Origin: Eledone cirrhosa
Lineage: Eukaryota
Assembly (NCBI GenBank): GCA_964016885.1
Contig: OZ024740.1
Coordinates: forward strand, 132,742,001-132,806,000
Reading direction: 5' to 3'
Length of the DNA: 64,000 nt
Shown: positions 38,749 through 55,925 of the stretch, piece by piece
Layout: each line of letters opens with the position of its first letter
How positions within the stretch are numbered: position 1 is the stretch's first letter
Notes under the pieces: generated by a model
Database searches by the model: none
Seen by the model: the letters and a program-made list of their open reading frames with translations, nothing else
What the model was told of the DNA's origin: nothing
Made by a program: the position numbers and the translations under genes

Positions 38749-39768
38749 CTATTTATAATATCCACTACTTTTATTCTCTTTTTCATACGCATGTTTATCT
38801 CTATCCAGGCCTATCATTGCAGCGACAAATCTCAGGCATGAATGTCAGTCAAGTTTTAAGGATAGGAAAAAAAGTGATACGAATATTATTGACACTGCAC
38901 CAGAAGACCAGATACATTGTTCAATATATAGAAATTTAATTTATCTCCTGCAAGGAGAATTCAATATTTCAACGATGTCTATTCTGAAAACTCAGCAGGA
39001 ATCAGTATATATATCCTTATCATTGTCTAACCATGGAAGTAAAAAGATCTAGAAATGCAGGACACGATCCAGCCTGTCAAAACGTCGCTAACCCAAAGGG
39101 TATAAGAGCATATTTGCTTCTATATATAGATTTGTTTGCTTGTCGTAAATTGAATAGTAGCTTTTAGGAAAATAAACAGTAAGATATCTTTAAGAATTTT
39201 TGGAATGGAACATAATGAATTGATTCATTATCAATATACAAGGATGAATCTTCAGATAAAATATATCAAACATGAAGATTGGCGAAAGACTCGTTTGAGA
39301 GATACTAACATTAAATATTTCGTACGTTCAGATTTTTCTCTGCTTCATTTATCTAAGTCTATCTTCAGTCATTTTCTTAATTTGTTTTTCTTTTTCTTTG
39401 TTTTCATTGGGTATTTTTCTGTTAGAAGAACTAGAACAGCAAATTTGGCTGACATTCCAAGCAAAAACCATTCCGCCATGAGCTATTTCAGTGAAATCGT
39501 ATACATTGCAATAAAAGAACACTAAAGAAAGAACAATTGGAGGAGATTGTATCTAGCTTTAGACGTAGATGAAGACTATTATTAAAAGAGTTTTTTGCAT
39601 TATACATCAGCAAAAATACTAATTTCAACATTATTAGTAGACGTATCATAATATTAATATGATGATGAGAAAAAGTCAGATTTTGATTAAGCTAATAAAG
39701 CGATTTGAATTTATTCCATTTCATAGATTTCTCCATTAAATGTTCTTGCTTTCTACTAGTACAGCACA

Positions 39769-39883
<115 letters not shown>

Positions 39884-40319
39884 CACATACATATATATAT
39901 TTTCCAGTTATCTCCCAACAATAATTGATAACAAAGGCTACTAATTTAGGTACACATCCGACAATGTGAGGAAGGAAACTTTGTTTATATTGATGCAGAA
40001 ATGGACCGGTTCTTAGACAGAAGGATGAAAGGCAAAGCAGCCAGATTGTAAAGTGCTAAAATATATAAGGAAAAAAACGTGCCTGACATTTGCGATTTTA
40101 CTTTTCTACTACCCTGTTTAATTTAAAATAACATTGGTTACTGATATTTGTGTGAGGATACAGTCCACGAAACATCCTACTGTATGTGTGCTGCTCATGT
40201 TACTGAATCCTGTAAAATGAAGATCATCCTAGCATCGTTTTAAATCAGAATATAAAGGGAATATCATCTATAAAGCAATGAATTTATCAGATATGCTTCC
40301 ATTCTCCGCTATCATTAAT

Positions 40320-40503
40320 TGTTTCTACTTTAGGCACAAGGCCAGCAATTACCCAGTGCATTACTGGTACTTTATTTTATCGACCCCGTAAGGATGAAAG
40401 GCAAAGTCAACCTCGGCGGGATTTGAACTCAGATCGTAAAGGGACGTAACTATGCTAGAAAGCATGGCGTCTGACTCTCTACCAATACTGCCAATCCACC
40501 GCC
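40320..40503 (-). mobile_element. Full-length SINE with 19-bp TSD
   Basis: TSD attctccgctatcattaat at 40301-40319 and 40505-40523. Full 5' end ggcggtggattggcag. Confidence 0.95.
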
Positions 40504-40546
40504 AATTCTCCGCTATCATTAATAACATATATAGTGATATCTAACA

Positions 40547-40727
40547 TTGGCAGTATCGGTAGAGGGTCGGACACTAATGATTTGACTCATAGAGTTACAG
40601 GCCCTTGCCATTCTGAGTTCAAATCCCGCCGAGGTTAACTTTGCCTTTCATCCTTACGGGGTCGATAAAATAAAGTACCAGTAATGCACTGGGTAATTGC
40701 TGGCCTTGTGCCTAAAGTAGAAACAAT
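40547..40727 (+). mobile_element. SINE (second head subtype), head-to-head with the previous copy
   Basis: ttggcagtatcggtagagg..cccttgccattctgagttcaaatccc..gtagaaacaatt. Confidence 0.92.
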
Positions 40728-43700
40728 TATAATTACTATTATAGCAAACAAGCCATATAGGCTGCTAGTGATGGTTATCTGCTAAATGTACACATGTATG
40801 TCACTGCTATTTATTTCTTGATTGATTTATGATGAAAAGCAACTTTGATACCGACAGAATTTGACATCCTATGTGTATTTTTCGATGCTACAAATATGAT
40901 TCTTTCCCCAAAGAAATAAGCGTAATGCCCATCATTTTGTTGCTAATAATTCATCTCCGAATTGTGTCCAATGCAACATTTTCAGATAACATATATTTTA
41001 GACGGACGCAAGAGCTCGAGATATATTTAAATTAATAGAAGAGGGGAGGATAAAATGTGTACTTTGAACTCAAAGCATAACTAATTACATTCGGGCATTT
41101 GATCATAGGGTTTACAGATTATGCCAGGTCCCAACGTTATATTGATTAAATAGAAAACAAATATATTACTTTTTTATTAATTTCTTGTTATAATGCTGTT
41201 TTTCGTTGATTTGTTTTTCTCAGTAAAAGTTCAAAGCATTTAATATTCAAGAAATATAATTTGCTACAAATGCTTAGTTTAACATTTGATTTAGTTTTAT
41301 GTCCGTTGTTATTAGATTCTTTCTTGCGAGTCCTATTAACAAAACCTATTACGGCTAAATTAGATTAAAATAAAAATACTTTTAACTGAAATTGAGGATT
41401 TACTTATATATTATGTTAATTAGTTAGAATTACTGACTATATGCATACTTTTTTTATGATACGTCATGAACATGCCAATGTAAGTAATGCAAACGTGGAG
41501 GACCTCACAAAAGATTAGGATATTAACTGAGGAAAATACAGAAATATACGGTAAAACATTAACGATAGAACGTTGGAGATGGACAGCTTCTATCATGTCA
41601 CCACAAAAAATGGATGAATTTAGTAGTAGTTGTATACGTCATGAAACCATGGAATGCCCTATTTTGTATTTTTCATCGAATACATATGTGAAATATTATA
41701 CTCTTGTAAATATGTGACATTCATTTTAGCTTTCAGTTCATTTGAGATATGTAGAATTTAGAACTATGCAGATAATTCTAATATTATCTACATAATATTA
41801 CAATATTAATCAAATAGTACTCTTATTCAACATAAGAGAACCCACACGACCAAAATTATAAACATAAACTAGCTGAATTACCCGAGCATTCGCTTTCAGA
41901 TGGATATAACTTGTAAGAGGAGTGTTAAAAAGAACAGTAATTTTCGCACATTCATTAGTAGAAGCTAAAGACTAAGAATACATTTTTTCACAAGAAATAT
42001 GCAGCATATCTGGTTTTTCATGAGGTTAATCGTGGCTTGTAGAATAGCACAACATAGTTCCGAAGAGACTGTACTATAGTTTGCAGCTGTTCGTTTACTC
42101 GGCCATCGAAAACTGCTCGAAAAGAAGCAATAAGTGTTTGCCCTCCCTTTTTCTCGCTTCACATAAAGTGAGGATAATACTGGTGCATTTGCAGATACTA
42201 TGAAGGATTGATATGTATCATTTTTTTATGAAATATACTTGACAGCTTCAACTTCGCTATAATTTCAACCTGAACTCTGCTACATCAGCTACATATTTTT
42301 ACATATACGTTTCATATAAAGCGAATTCCATGTCAGTAAATCCTTGGCTTGAAATAGAATTACAATGAAAAGCTTTCAGGATTCTACTTCAATTTGACAT
42401 ATATGATTACTCTCCCATTACTTCAAGATAGGTGTTGAAAGTATACTCAATCGGAATTCCAATCGTTATATCCTACGACGTCATTAATTTTCTCGAACAT
42501 CGTATTTGAATGTGATTTATCATATCAATGGAAGTTCTATTTTCAAAGAGATTTTCGTTTGCCTTCGAACTATTAGCATTATATATTCTTATTATTCCTT
42601 TATTCAGTAAACCGAAAGCAATTTTATCTTTTATCTTTTTTCGTTATTGTTGTTGTAGTAACTCATCACAATAAGGTATTTTCTTTAGATTCAGTTTCTA
42701 AGAAAAAAACATTCTCTAATTCGGAAGTAGTTGTCAGAGTTCAAATTCGTTTACGAATTGTAATTTTCAGGAAACCACTGTCTGCATGGAGAGAGAAAAT
42801 TACACGCTGCAAAAGAAGTTTTACAGAAAATTTGCTTTCGCCTATGCGGATGTCTGGACTATTTCTGTAATTTTATTACACCTGTTTAGTTACCATGGAC
42901 ATTCTGGGAAACTATCACGTTATTTTCTAATTTTTAGGATATAGAACATATGAGTTCATAGAAACGTACAAAAAGATTGGCTTAACAAAACGGTTGATAA
43001 TTTTTGGCGGAGTGAAAACCTTACTGGGCGAATGTGTATCTAAATTTACTAGAAGATGCAACACATGAACGATTTTATTCATAGAACATTATTCATACAC
43101 TGAGATACTTCCTTTTCTTGTTATCAACTCTTTTTAAAAATGCTGTTTCTACAATGTTTTTATATGGAGACAGATGAATGAGAATAAAGAGGAAGGACGT
43201 GATAAGAGAATTACAGATAAAGTAAAATAGTTGTGAATGTGTGAATGAGTAAAACCAAAGAGTTAATTAAAAACAATTGATAACGAATGAAATAACTGAT
43301 AACAATTTATATACTGTGTTATATAAACAAAATCTTTAAAAATGAGCTACATAAAGAGCTAACGGTTTAAATCTATTCTCAATACAATCTATTTCATGGA
43401 GTAAAAGAAAAGGTTACTTCTCAAAAGAAAATAAATGTGGCGTTATTCCTTAAAATGCCAAGTACATTTTCCCAAGAAAAGCAGAAATTTAGGTTCTATC
43501 GACATAAGAAAATTGAAAATAAATTATCAATGTTAAATATTGAGCGATAAAATAGAAGAGATATATGTTTTTAATTTCATATAATTTAATATAAAATCAC
43601 TAAGAAATTTAGAGTAATTAATTAAGCTAGACATCCCAAATCCTTATATCAGATCTGCCAACCTCTAAACACTCAAACAGGGAGTACCATGATGAAAGTG

Positions 43701-46142
43701 CACCCAAACGTATAGAAATGAAGAAACTTGGGGAGACTTTTCATAATCAAAGCTAAGACATCGCTCACTCACCCAAAGTGGGTGGGAGATATCCCCGTCG
43801 GACGGGGAGAGTTGTTAGGTAGGTTATATTTTTATATTTATTTACAAGTTTCCCATGATTCGCTAGGGAGCCAACGAAAAGAAGTTTAAGACATTTCCTA
43901 CGTCATTTTCGCTCAGATTACGCCATTGACTATCCAAGATGTTTGTACGTTAAATTAAGTAGCACCAAATTACTCGGGCTGGAGTTAATTGCCTATAGCC
44001 TCCACTAAACTATATTTTTATACTTTCGAAAGGTGCTTGTCTGATACTGCGTTCGTAGATTTTGTCATACAACATACAGGAAAGGTAGTACAAAACTAGA
44101 ATCGACAACACAAAAACTCATCGACAATAATATGTTATTTTCTGCCGCAGTTAGAATTTAGATATATTATAATTCAAAGAATGATAAAATCGCCAACTAT
44201 GCCATACTAATTGGTTTCTTTTAAAGTTCAATTTTTTTTTTTCTGTTTTTGCTATCGATAAAATATGAATTTGTAAAATGCTAGAATCAGGTCATAGAAC
44301 TTATATACCTCTCAAAAATGTCGTGGCGTACTCGCAGGCTTTGAAATCAATAACAGTATGATTAATTCAAATAGTAGTAATATTGATGTTGTAGTTGATG
44401 TTATGTTGCTCATTATTTCAATGATACAAATAATGGTATTTTTCATATTTCGTAAGGGTTCAAAGATTTCAAATATAAATTACTATAATATATTATCAGG
44501 TCTATCAAACATAGATTTTGTACGGGGTTAATGCATGTTCTACTTTAAAGATCTGATTATTCACTGTGACCTCCATTTATAGAAATTTCGAATATAAAGT
44601 TTTGCTTATTTCTCTATCGTCAACGTCCTTACTAGTATCTTTGTATTCGACTATCTTGGCTCTATTTATGTTATAAACCAATAAATCCAATAAAATCCAA
44701 TAAAATGCTTTTAATTTTTTATGTAATGCACGTAGCAATTTACTGAAACTCAAAATATCCAGAATTGGCACAATGCTGCCCCTTCTTAAATTTCATAATC
44801 TAAAGATTGTTTGGGATCAGAGGTTCGTCTCCAAACGACATATATAAATGTTGTTGAAGTCCTGTATTGACGAAATAAGCATTTGCCTGAAAATATTCTT
44901 TTATTTTAACAGCTTCATATTCTTTTTATAGATTAATTACTTGTCGTGATGTTTATCATATTTTTATTCATCCAATTTCAAGTCAGCATTCACCGACTGG
45001 AAAAGTTTGTTTTTAATATATTTTATTTCAGGATAAATGTCAGGTAATGATTCTTTTTATGCTACGTTGTTGTATACGCAATATGTGTGGGATGTGAATT
45101 AGCCTATATCCGTCTATATTCGCCTATATGTGTGTTTGTGTGTGTCTGTTTCTATTTGTCTCCGTATATATTTAAGTCTATGGATATCAATATTTATACA
45201 TCTGTAAATATGTAAACACATATTCTTCTCCTCAAATCTTTCTTTCTTTGATATATGTATGTGTCTCGAGAATATATGTTTTCACCTAAAAAAGCGTTAC
45301 TTCATTACATAACTGATAGATGGAGGGGTTCAAGTACAGGGTACAGGACTAGTCCAAGTTGTCTCCTCAAACCTTGTCACATATACTCTCACTAAAAGTC
45401 AAGGGCAGGTAGAACTTGGACAAATGTCGTCACTAAAGCTTTTAGAAAAATTGATGTGTTGTAACTCATTAATTCAACCCTGCTACTTGAATAGGAAGTG
45501 ATGCATTTTTATCGAACTTGAAAGGATGAAACATACAAGAGCTTTCAAAGAAATCAAAAAAAAATTTAATTTTAAGAAGCTGAACAAATACTGTACTAAT
45601 AAATATCGTTGTCTGTGCTTATATATTTTTCATTCGGTATTTATTTTAAAACAAAATTACCCCGTGATATGATTACACAATTGTTGGATGATGTGATAAC
45701 TGATACTTTACACATAGTGGGCCATAATACATGTTCAGTCATAGGCAATTTGAAAGTAGGCATCCCCTTGTTGCTTTGTTTACTTTAGTAGAGCTAACAA
45801 ATTCAATTTCGTACAATATCTATTTAATATTACATGACGTGATTATTCGGCATGTATGGATGTTTCTGCACATGCAGGTTTCTCCATATTATTGAGTTAG
45901 CTTATATAGGACAATGCTTTTCATACTGGATAGAAAGATAAGGTTGTCTTTTAAATAGTTCCTATAAAATTGTTTATGGCGGAGTAGTGAATTGGAAGTG
46001 TTCGTATGCATTACACACACACACACACACACAAACACACATATATACTTATATACATATATGTGTGTGTGTGATATATATATATATATATATATGGAGG
46101 AGGTTATAGTTCACTTGAAGCATTGTGTAATGAGGTATAAAC

Positions 46143-46379
46143 GTTTGAATATGTGTAATAAGGCCAAAACAATGCAGGTATGGACATAGAAAAAAGAATG
46201 CAATAGTGAAAGATATTGATGAGAATTCGTCTTTCACCTTGAATTTATTTAAATGTCCTTAATTAAGGACATTTAAATAAATTCAAGGTGAAAGACGAAT
46301 TTTCATCAATATCTTTCACTATTGCATTCTTTTTTCTATGTCCATACCTGCATTGTTTTGGCCTTATTAAACATATTCA

Positions 46380-46382
<3 letters not shown>
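46143..46382. repeat. 240-bp spacerless palindrome between (TA)n tracts
   Basis: Centre gtccttaa|ttaaggac at 46262/46263. The 120-bp arms differ at about two positions. Confidence 0.95.
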
Positions 46383-46447
<65 letters not shown>

Positions 46448-46824
46448 AATATATATATATTAAAGTGTTAAACAATATTCAATGATTATGTCAAAGAATG
46501 AGTTTTACGGTAGATTAGAAGCACTCAACGAGATAATAATTTTCTGGAGTTATTAATATTAAAATAAATCCTTTTCCAGTGGTTATCACTGGCTGTTATG
46601 ATTCATGAGACGTTATCCTAGATATATCGTAGTATCATACACTTTAAAACTTTTAGAACAGTTACAGTATGCAACGTTCTTTATTACTCACACATTCTCT
46701 AATGAATTTATTACGTTTTCGCATCTTCTCATAAATAGGATATGAGTAAAATTTTCTCTTGGGTTAATCACTACCTTGATTAAATATTAACCATTTAACA
46801 TCTCAGGGTATCTCATGTATCATT

Positions 46825-46869
46825 TTATTTTGTCTGATGAGGACGTACATCCGAAATATGTATAATAAA
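46825..46869 (+). ncRNA. Hammerhead-like motif with intact core and decayed stem I, inside a TA-flanked ~460-bp insert (46460-46925)
   Basis: ctgatga-gga cgtaca tcc-gaaa-tatg-ta. Confidence 0.55.
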
Positions 46870-48969
46870 TTGTAATTGATCAAAAGAACATCTATTTTAT
46901 TAATACTTATATTTTAATATGTAAATGTATATATATATATGCATGTGTTTCTACGTGAGTGTGATAAGTTTCCAGTTAACATTGCTTCATTTTATTTAAC
47001 TTAGATCAACACTTGTTCCGTTCACCTATGTATGAAAAATAATCACGACCTTAGATTACCATTGAAATGCAGATATCTACACCATAACATACTCAAACAG
47101 CTTTTTTTAGAATATACTGTAACAGTGTCCTTTACAGACTGAAAACCTAAGCTTTTGATTATTTGTTTAAAAATCATAATTTCTATATTTGTCGGCAATT
47201 AGGCGTGTATGCGTGCGTGTATGATTGTGTCAGTTCACGCGTTTTTGTATTTGTTTTAACGCCTACTATTATAGTGCTGATATAATACTTGTTACAAAAA
47301 TTAATAAACTCTACAAAGCTGTAAAACTGTAAGACTTGGAAAGGCATTGATGGTTTGTGTTAAGCAAATATATATAAACAGATAAATGCGGCTTGGGAAA
47401 AGGAAATACATGTCCATATATAACTCTGAGATTTTTTCCTATCTCATACTATTACGAGACATAGTTTGTAAGTCTTTTGAACTGAATCGAAACCAATCAT
47501 TTTCATACTATAAAACAAGTAAAATACAGGAAAACGTCCACCAACATATATTACTGTTATTATGTTTTAATTCGCTCTCTATACATATAAGATTATTCTA
47601 GAAGACTCCTGCTCCCAAATGAGTAATTTAAACCTATGTTTTATTAACATTTTGATTTATTAGACTGGAATTATCGCTGGGACCTACGAAGCAACGAAGT
47701 GAGAAATGAAAAAAAAATAATTTCCAAGAACACTCAGAGTGCAACGTTTTAATTATCCCATTGTGACTATTAAAAGTAATGATTCTAATTTAACAAGAAA
47801 TATATTACTTCGATCAATTGTTTGTATTGTGTGCATTTCTAGAGAACGCAGGGAAATAGTTAAAATATTAGATTGCTGGAATAAATATTCTCCCAGCACT
47901 TGGTTCTCCACCTCTATGTAGAGTTTTCAATTCCCACCGAAGATAATCCTATTTCTCATTACGTAGATTGATAGAAAGATAAATAACCATTTAAACCCAA
48001 TTGTTTCAGTCAGCTAAAATCCGTTAAAATATATAGTTTTCACCAATGAAAATACCCATTGATGGTAGTCATAAAGTATTTATTAGAATAGAAATTGAGA
48101 AGGCAGGAGGCTAATTGTTTGTTAGTTCGAATACTATTAAGTGTATTTGTGTTTTATTTATTATTATCAAACGCTTATGGTTTGTTTCAATTTAAGAATT
48201 CTTTATATTTTGAGGACTCCTAGACGTAAGACTATATAACATTTTGCATTATATTTTGAGCACTATATTACTTACTACACTATTCGAATAGCAGAATAAT
48301 TAATACTAAATTGACTGCATATTTCCTGATATTGTGTTAGAGACAATAAAGAGATCTATTTATTTAGACGCACTACTTGTATATTATACCAGTTTACCCT
48401 AATCATTTAAAATATATCATTCCAATAATACTGTATGTGGGCGTATCCAACACAGACTGAAATACATTTCAGATGTAAGACTATCTCAATTTGTACTAAA
48501 CTCTAAATTGTAGAACTGGATATTTATTATTCTGAAAGTACAAACATTTCCGATAAACATCAAAGGGCATATTATTATGCTTTTCCCACTTAATCTTTTG
48601 AGAGTGGTATGGTAGCCAGGCGCATATCTCACCAATCTTAATATAGAGTTCGGAGGAACTTTGTATTTCGTTGGATTTGTTTAAAAGAAAAGCAGTTCCA
48701 GAGATCAATCAGAGACCATCAGGTTTTGTTCTACTGTTTAAACACGCATATATACAAGACGAGTTAAAAATATATGTTTTCTAATGTGCGAGATATGATT
48801 GAAAGTGAAAATATTCACCTAACAAATGCGCCGTTGCCCATGGAGTCATGAAATTCTGAATCAATAATTTCCTTTCGAAGTTTATTGTTTTTATTGCAGT
48901 TTGGACGAAATCGCGATTTGATGTTGCTAATGATACATTTGTATTCATGACACTAATAACATACATAAC

Positions 48970-49153
48970 TGTTTCTACATTAGGCACAAGGCCAGCAAAT
49001 TAACCAGTGCATTACTGGTACTTTATTTTATCGACCCCGTAAGGATGAAAGGCAAAGTTAACCTTGGCAGGATTTGAACTCAGAATGGCAAGGGCCGTAA
49101 ATCTATGCGTCAAAGCAATGCGTCGGACCCTCTACCGATACTGCCAATCCCCC
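48970..49153 (-). mobile_element. Full-length SINE with 12-bp TSD
   Basis: TSD aacatacataac at 48958-48969 and 49154-49165. Confidence 0.92.
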
Positions 49154-49222
49154 AACATACATAACGTACTTCACTCACACGTATATATATATATATATAT
49201 ATAGTATGTATGTATGTATGTA

Positions 49223-49308
<86 letters not shown>

Positions 49309-49310
<2 letters not shown>

Positions 49311-49422
49311 TTGAAATAAAATGAAAACGAAATTTCATTTCTCACTCTTAGTATGGCACTTACTTAAATGTAAGTATGTATGTATACGTACATACATATA
49401 TGTATACAGACGTACAGTAGCA

Positions 49423-49492
<70 letters not shown>

Positions 49493-49750
49493 TTTAGCGG
49501 GCGCTTATTATAACGCCGCTTTGTTCGTTTGTACACAAACTGAACAACCTGAATTTATGCCATACGGTGTTAAGGCAACCACGTCACCTTTTTGTTCAAC
49601 ACTGACACATGAACGATGTACTAGTTTCAAGCTTGTTAGCTATCATCAGCACCGTATACCCATCTGCCAGATAGTTGACCGTTCGAAAGTATATACTTTC
49701 CTTATGAAAATTAACGGCTAAGCAGCCTAATTTGCATATTGAGTGAGTTA
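49309..49750 (-). mobile_element. Single diverged monomer of the hammerhead repeat (locus B)
   Basis: Homologous to the units of 23728-25162. (TA)n on both sides. Confidence 0.85.
49613..49655 (-). ncRNA. Minimal type I hammerhead ribozyme, fully intact
   Basis: Minus strand: acggtg-ctgatga-tagct aaca agctt-gaaa-ctag-ta-catcgt. 6-bp stem I, GUA triplet. Confidence 0.85.
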
Positions 49751-49770
49751 ATATATATATATATATATAT

Positions 49771-52258
49771 AATTTCAGGTTATCGATAATGTAGTGATAA
49801 TATATTGTTACGTTAGAGATGAACAGCGTACGTGTAGGTTTGCTCAACGAGTATAAATTATATTCCGGAGAAAATGTAGAAAAGATGAACATAAAATGAA
49901 AGTGCATTTAAAAAAAAAAAAGGAATTTATTAGGTATTGACATATATTTCTGTAACAGACGGAATACCTATGTATCGCTGCTTGCGTAATCATATAATGT
50001 TAGCAAGTATTCGATAGCAAATGTATAATCAGTTGTCACTTCTTCAGAGATTTTGGATAAATTGGATAAAATCAGAAAAATTGAAGTATTTATATTAGTA
50101 ATAGAGGAAGAAGAGAGGGGATAGTATATGACAGATGGTAATTCAATTTACTGCTAAACAAGTATATAAAGGGTTTCTAATGAGAATACAATGAGTAAAT
50201 GGTTTATTTTATCTAAATAAGAATTTTTGGGATGCCTATTTTAATCTATACTTGACCAATTGAACAATGAACTCAGAATGGCAAGGTCATTTGGTGTAGT
50301 AGTATTAATTATAAAGTGTCAATTAAGGAAGGGGGAGATTTCGACTGCTACTGAATAACATCAATGCTAGTAGCCAGCTGGTATATGCATTAGGAAATTG
50401 AAATAAGAAATCTCCTTTTATCTATAGCAGTTTATATTAAATGGTAAACAATAGAAGAGTTGATAGAATTAAGACTAATAGAGAATGTTAATATGTATTT
50501 TGACAATCAAACGGAGATGGAGACAGGCGTTCAATCCTAGTAGTATTTGTAATATGAAAATGTAGATTTTAAGCGATGGTTACAGTATAACGATCGCTCT
50601 ATTCTGTTATTTAATAAAATGTTTTTGGATTTCATAATACAAAATAATTCCATCTTACATAATTTACCAAATTCCTGTCCGTGGGTATATGGAGGGGCAG
50701 CAGCTATTATATCCCATTTTAGGTTAAATTGTTGGTAATTTTCACGCAGCTGCCAAGCCTTGTCTGCGAGTGTTGTTACATAACGCTGGTTTTCATGTTT
50801 TATCGAGTAACGATGTCTATAAAGGCGTGATTTTAAGGAGGTGGCTGTAGATCCCACATAGTACCACTTCTGTCTATCCGATTCGATAGTACATTTGTAT
50901 ATTATGTTGCGTTCAAGACACTGATTGTTCAACGGATACATTCCTGGTTGGACACAGTTACAGTTATAATTTTGCGTTGTTGTATTGGCATGGATGGGTT
51001 GATGAGGTTGCTTAGGTAGGACGGGATGTTGTTTGTTGTTTTGTGATGTTATAGCTAATGTTTTACGTGTATTGTTATGTGTTGGAAGGCGTTTATACAA
51101 CCGTTTTGCGTTAAGCTTTTTTATATGTTGTTCAATATTAGGGGCGGTTGAATATGAAAGTCGAATAGTGTTAGGGTTTAAGATTTTATTATATTTATGT
51201 GATGTTGGAAAGTGTTTTTTAACTAATCGAAAGAATTGTGAGGGTAGATTGGTTTTAATAGAGTTGTTATAGACCGGGTTGTACCATATATACTCTTTAC
51301 ATCGCCTTCTGTTTGGTGGTGTGCGACTATCATTGTGTCTATTGCGGTAGTGTATGTATGGTGGTGATTCTGTGCTATTTCTACCCCTATGGGATTTATT
51401 TTGGGTGATTTGGTGATCTACGACTATATACTCTATATTATCTAGGTCTCCGGCCTTCCTAAGTGCATCATCATAATATTCGGCATGTTCTTTGAAGGTT
51501 TGTTGGTTGGACGACAGGCGGGAGATTCTAAGAGAAACATCTCTAGGGATGGATTTAATTATAGAGAGTGGATGGTTAGAACTCGTATTTACATATTTAA
51601 GGTTCTGATTTAGTTTATGGAACGGTTTAATCGTTTCTGTATTGAGATTCAAAGTAACATCAAGGAAATTGACCTCTTTGAGGTTATATTCAAATGTAAT
51701 ATTTAATCCTAGTTCCTTAAAAAGCTTTCTGATATTTTTATGCATCCTTTCTAAATTCTGGTTATTCATATGCTTAACTAATAGGAGCGCATCGTCACGG
51801 TAGATTCCACCGTGGAGATCCTTGACTTTTTCTTGTAGTCTGTGGGTGATATAAATTCCCACAAGATCTGTTACTTCTGCCGAATCATTGGAACCCATAG
51901 TAATATCAAAATTAGAAGGTCTATCTTTGCGAACCCAGTAGCTATCATCAAATTTAACAATAGTTTACCTCGCTTCCATAATAATTTTAATTTCAGCATC
52001 CGTAATGTCGGAATTAGCCTTAGCGAACGAAAGAGCTTCATGTAGAGTATCAGGTGAAATTGAGGAATAATATTCATCAATAACAAACTGAATAAATTTT
52101 GATTTTTTTCTTATTAGTAATGTTATTAAACCATCTTATTGCTTCATGAGTGTTACCCCATAGTTTAATTTCTACTTTAGCCTTAACTTTGGGGATAATT
52201 CTGTCTAGTATATATTTGCTAATTTTGCCTATATCAGATTTAGAGGGGCATATAAGTC
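49771..52258 (-). mobile_element. 5'-truncated Naiad-like Penelope retroelement with long 3' region, in (TA)n
   Basis: RT-GIY-YIG coding region. Both ends abut (TA)n. Decayed hammerhead-like motif at ~49935-50053. Confidence 0.85.
50537..52258 (-). pseudogene. PLE RT + GIY-YIG endonuclease (453-aa uninterrupted C-terminal part)
   Basis: [83 protein letters not shown]. Confidence 0.9.
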
Positions 52259-52260
52259 TA

Positions 52261-52318
<58 letters not shown>

Positions 52319-52345
52319 ATATATATATATATGTATATATATATG

Positions 52346-55925
<3,580 letters not shown>

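Noticed and set aside
41960-42960. Possible host exons or old LINE relic (LYVKREKGG-like remnant on -, ttttcag acceptor at 42770 on +)
   Set aside because: No recognisable domain, consistent splice pattern or second supporting motif.
50537-51000. Selenocysteine (in-frame TGA) as reported for some Naiad elements
   Set aside because: The Cys-motif positions in both Naiad-like copies are not TGA; no SECIS recognised.
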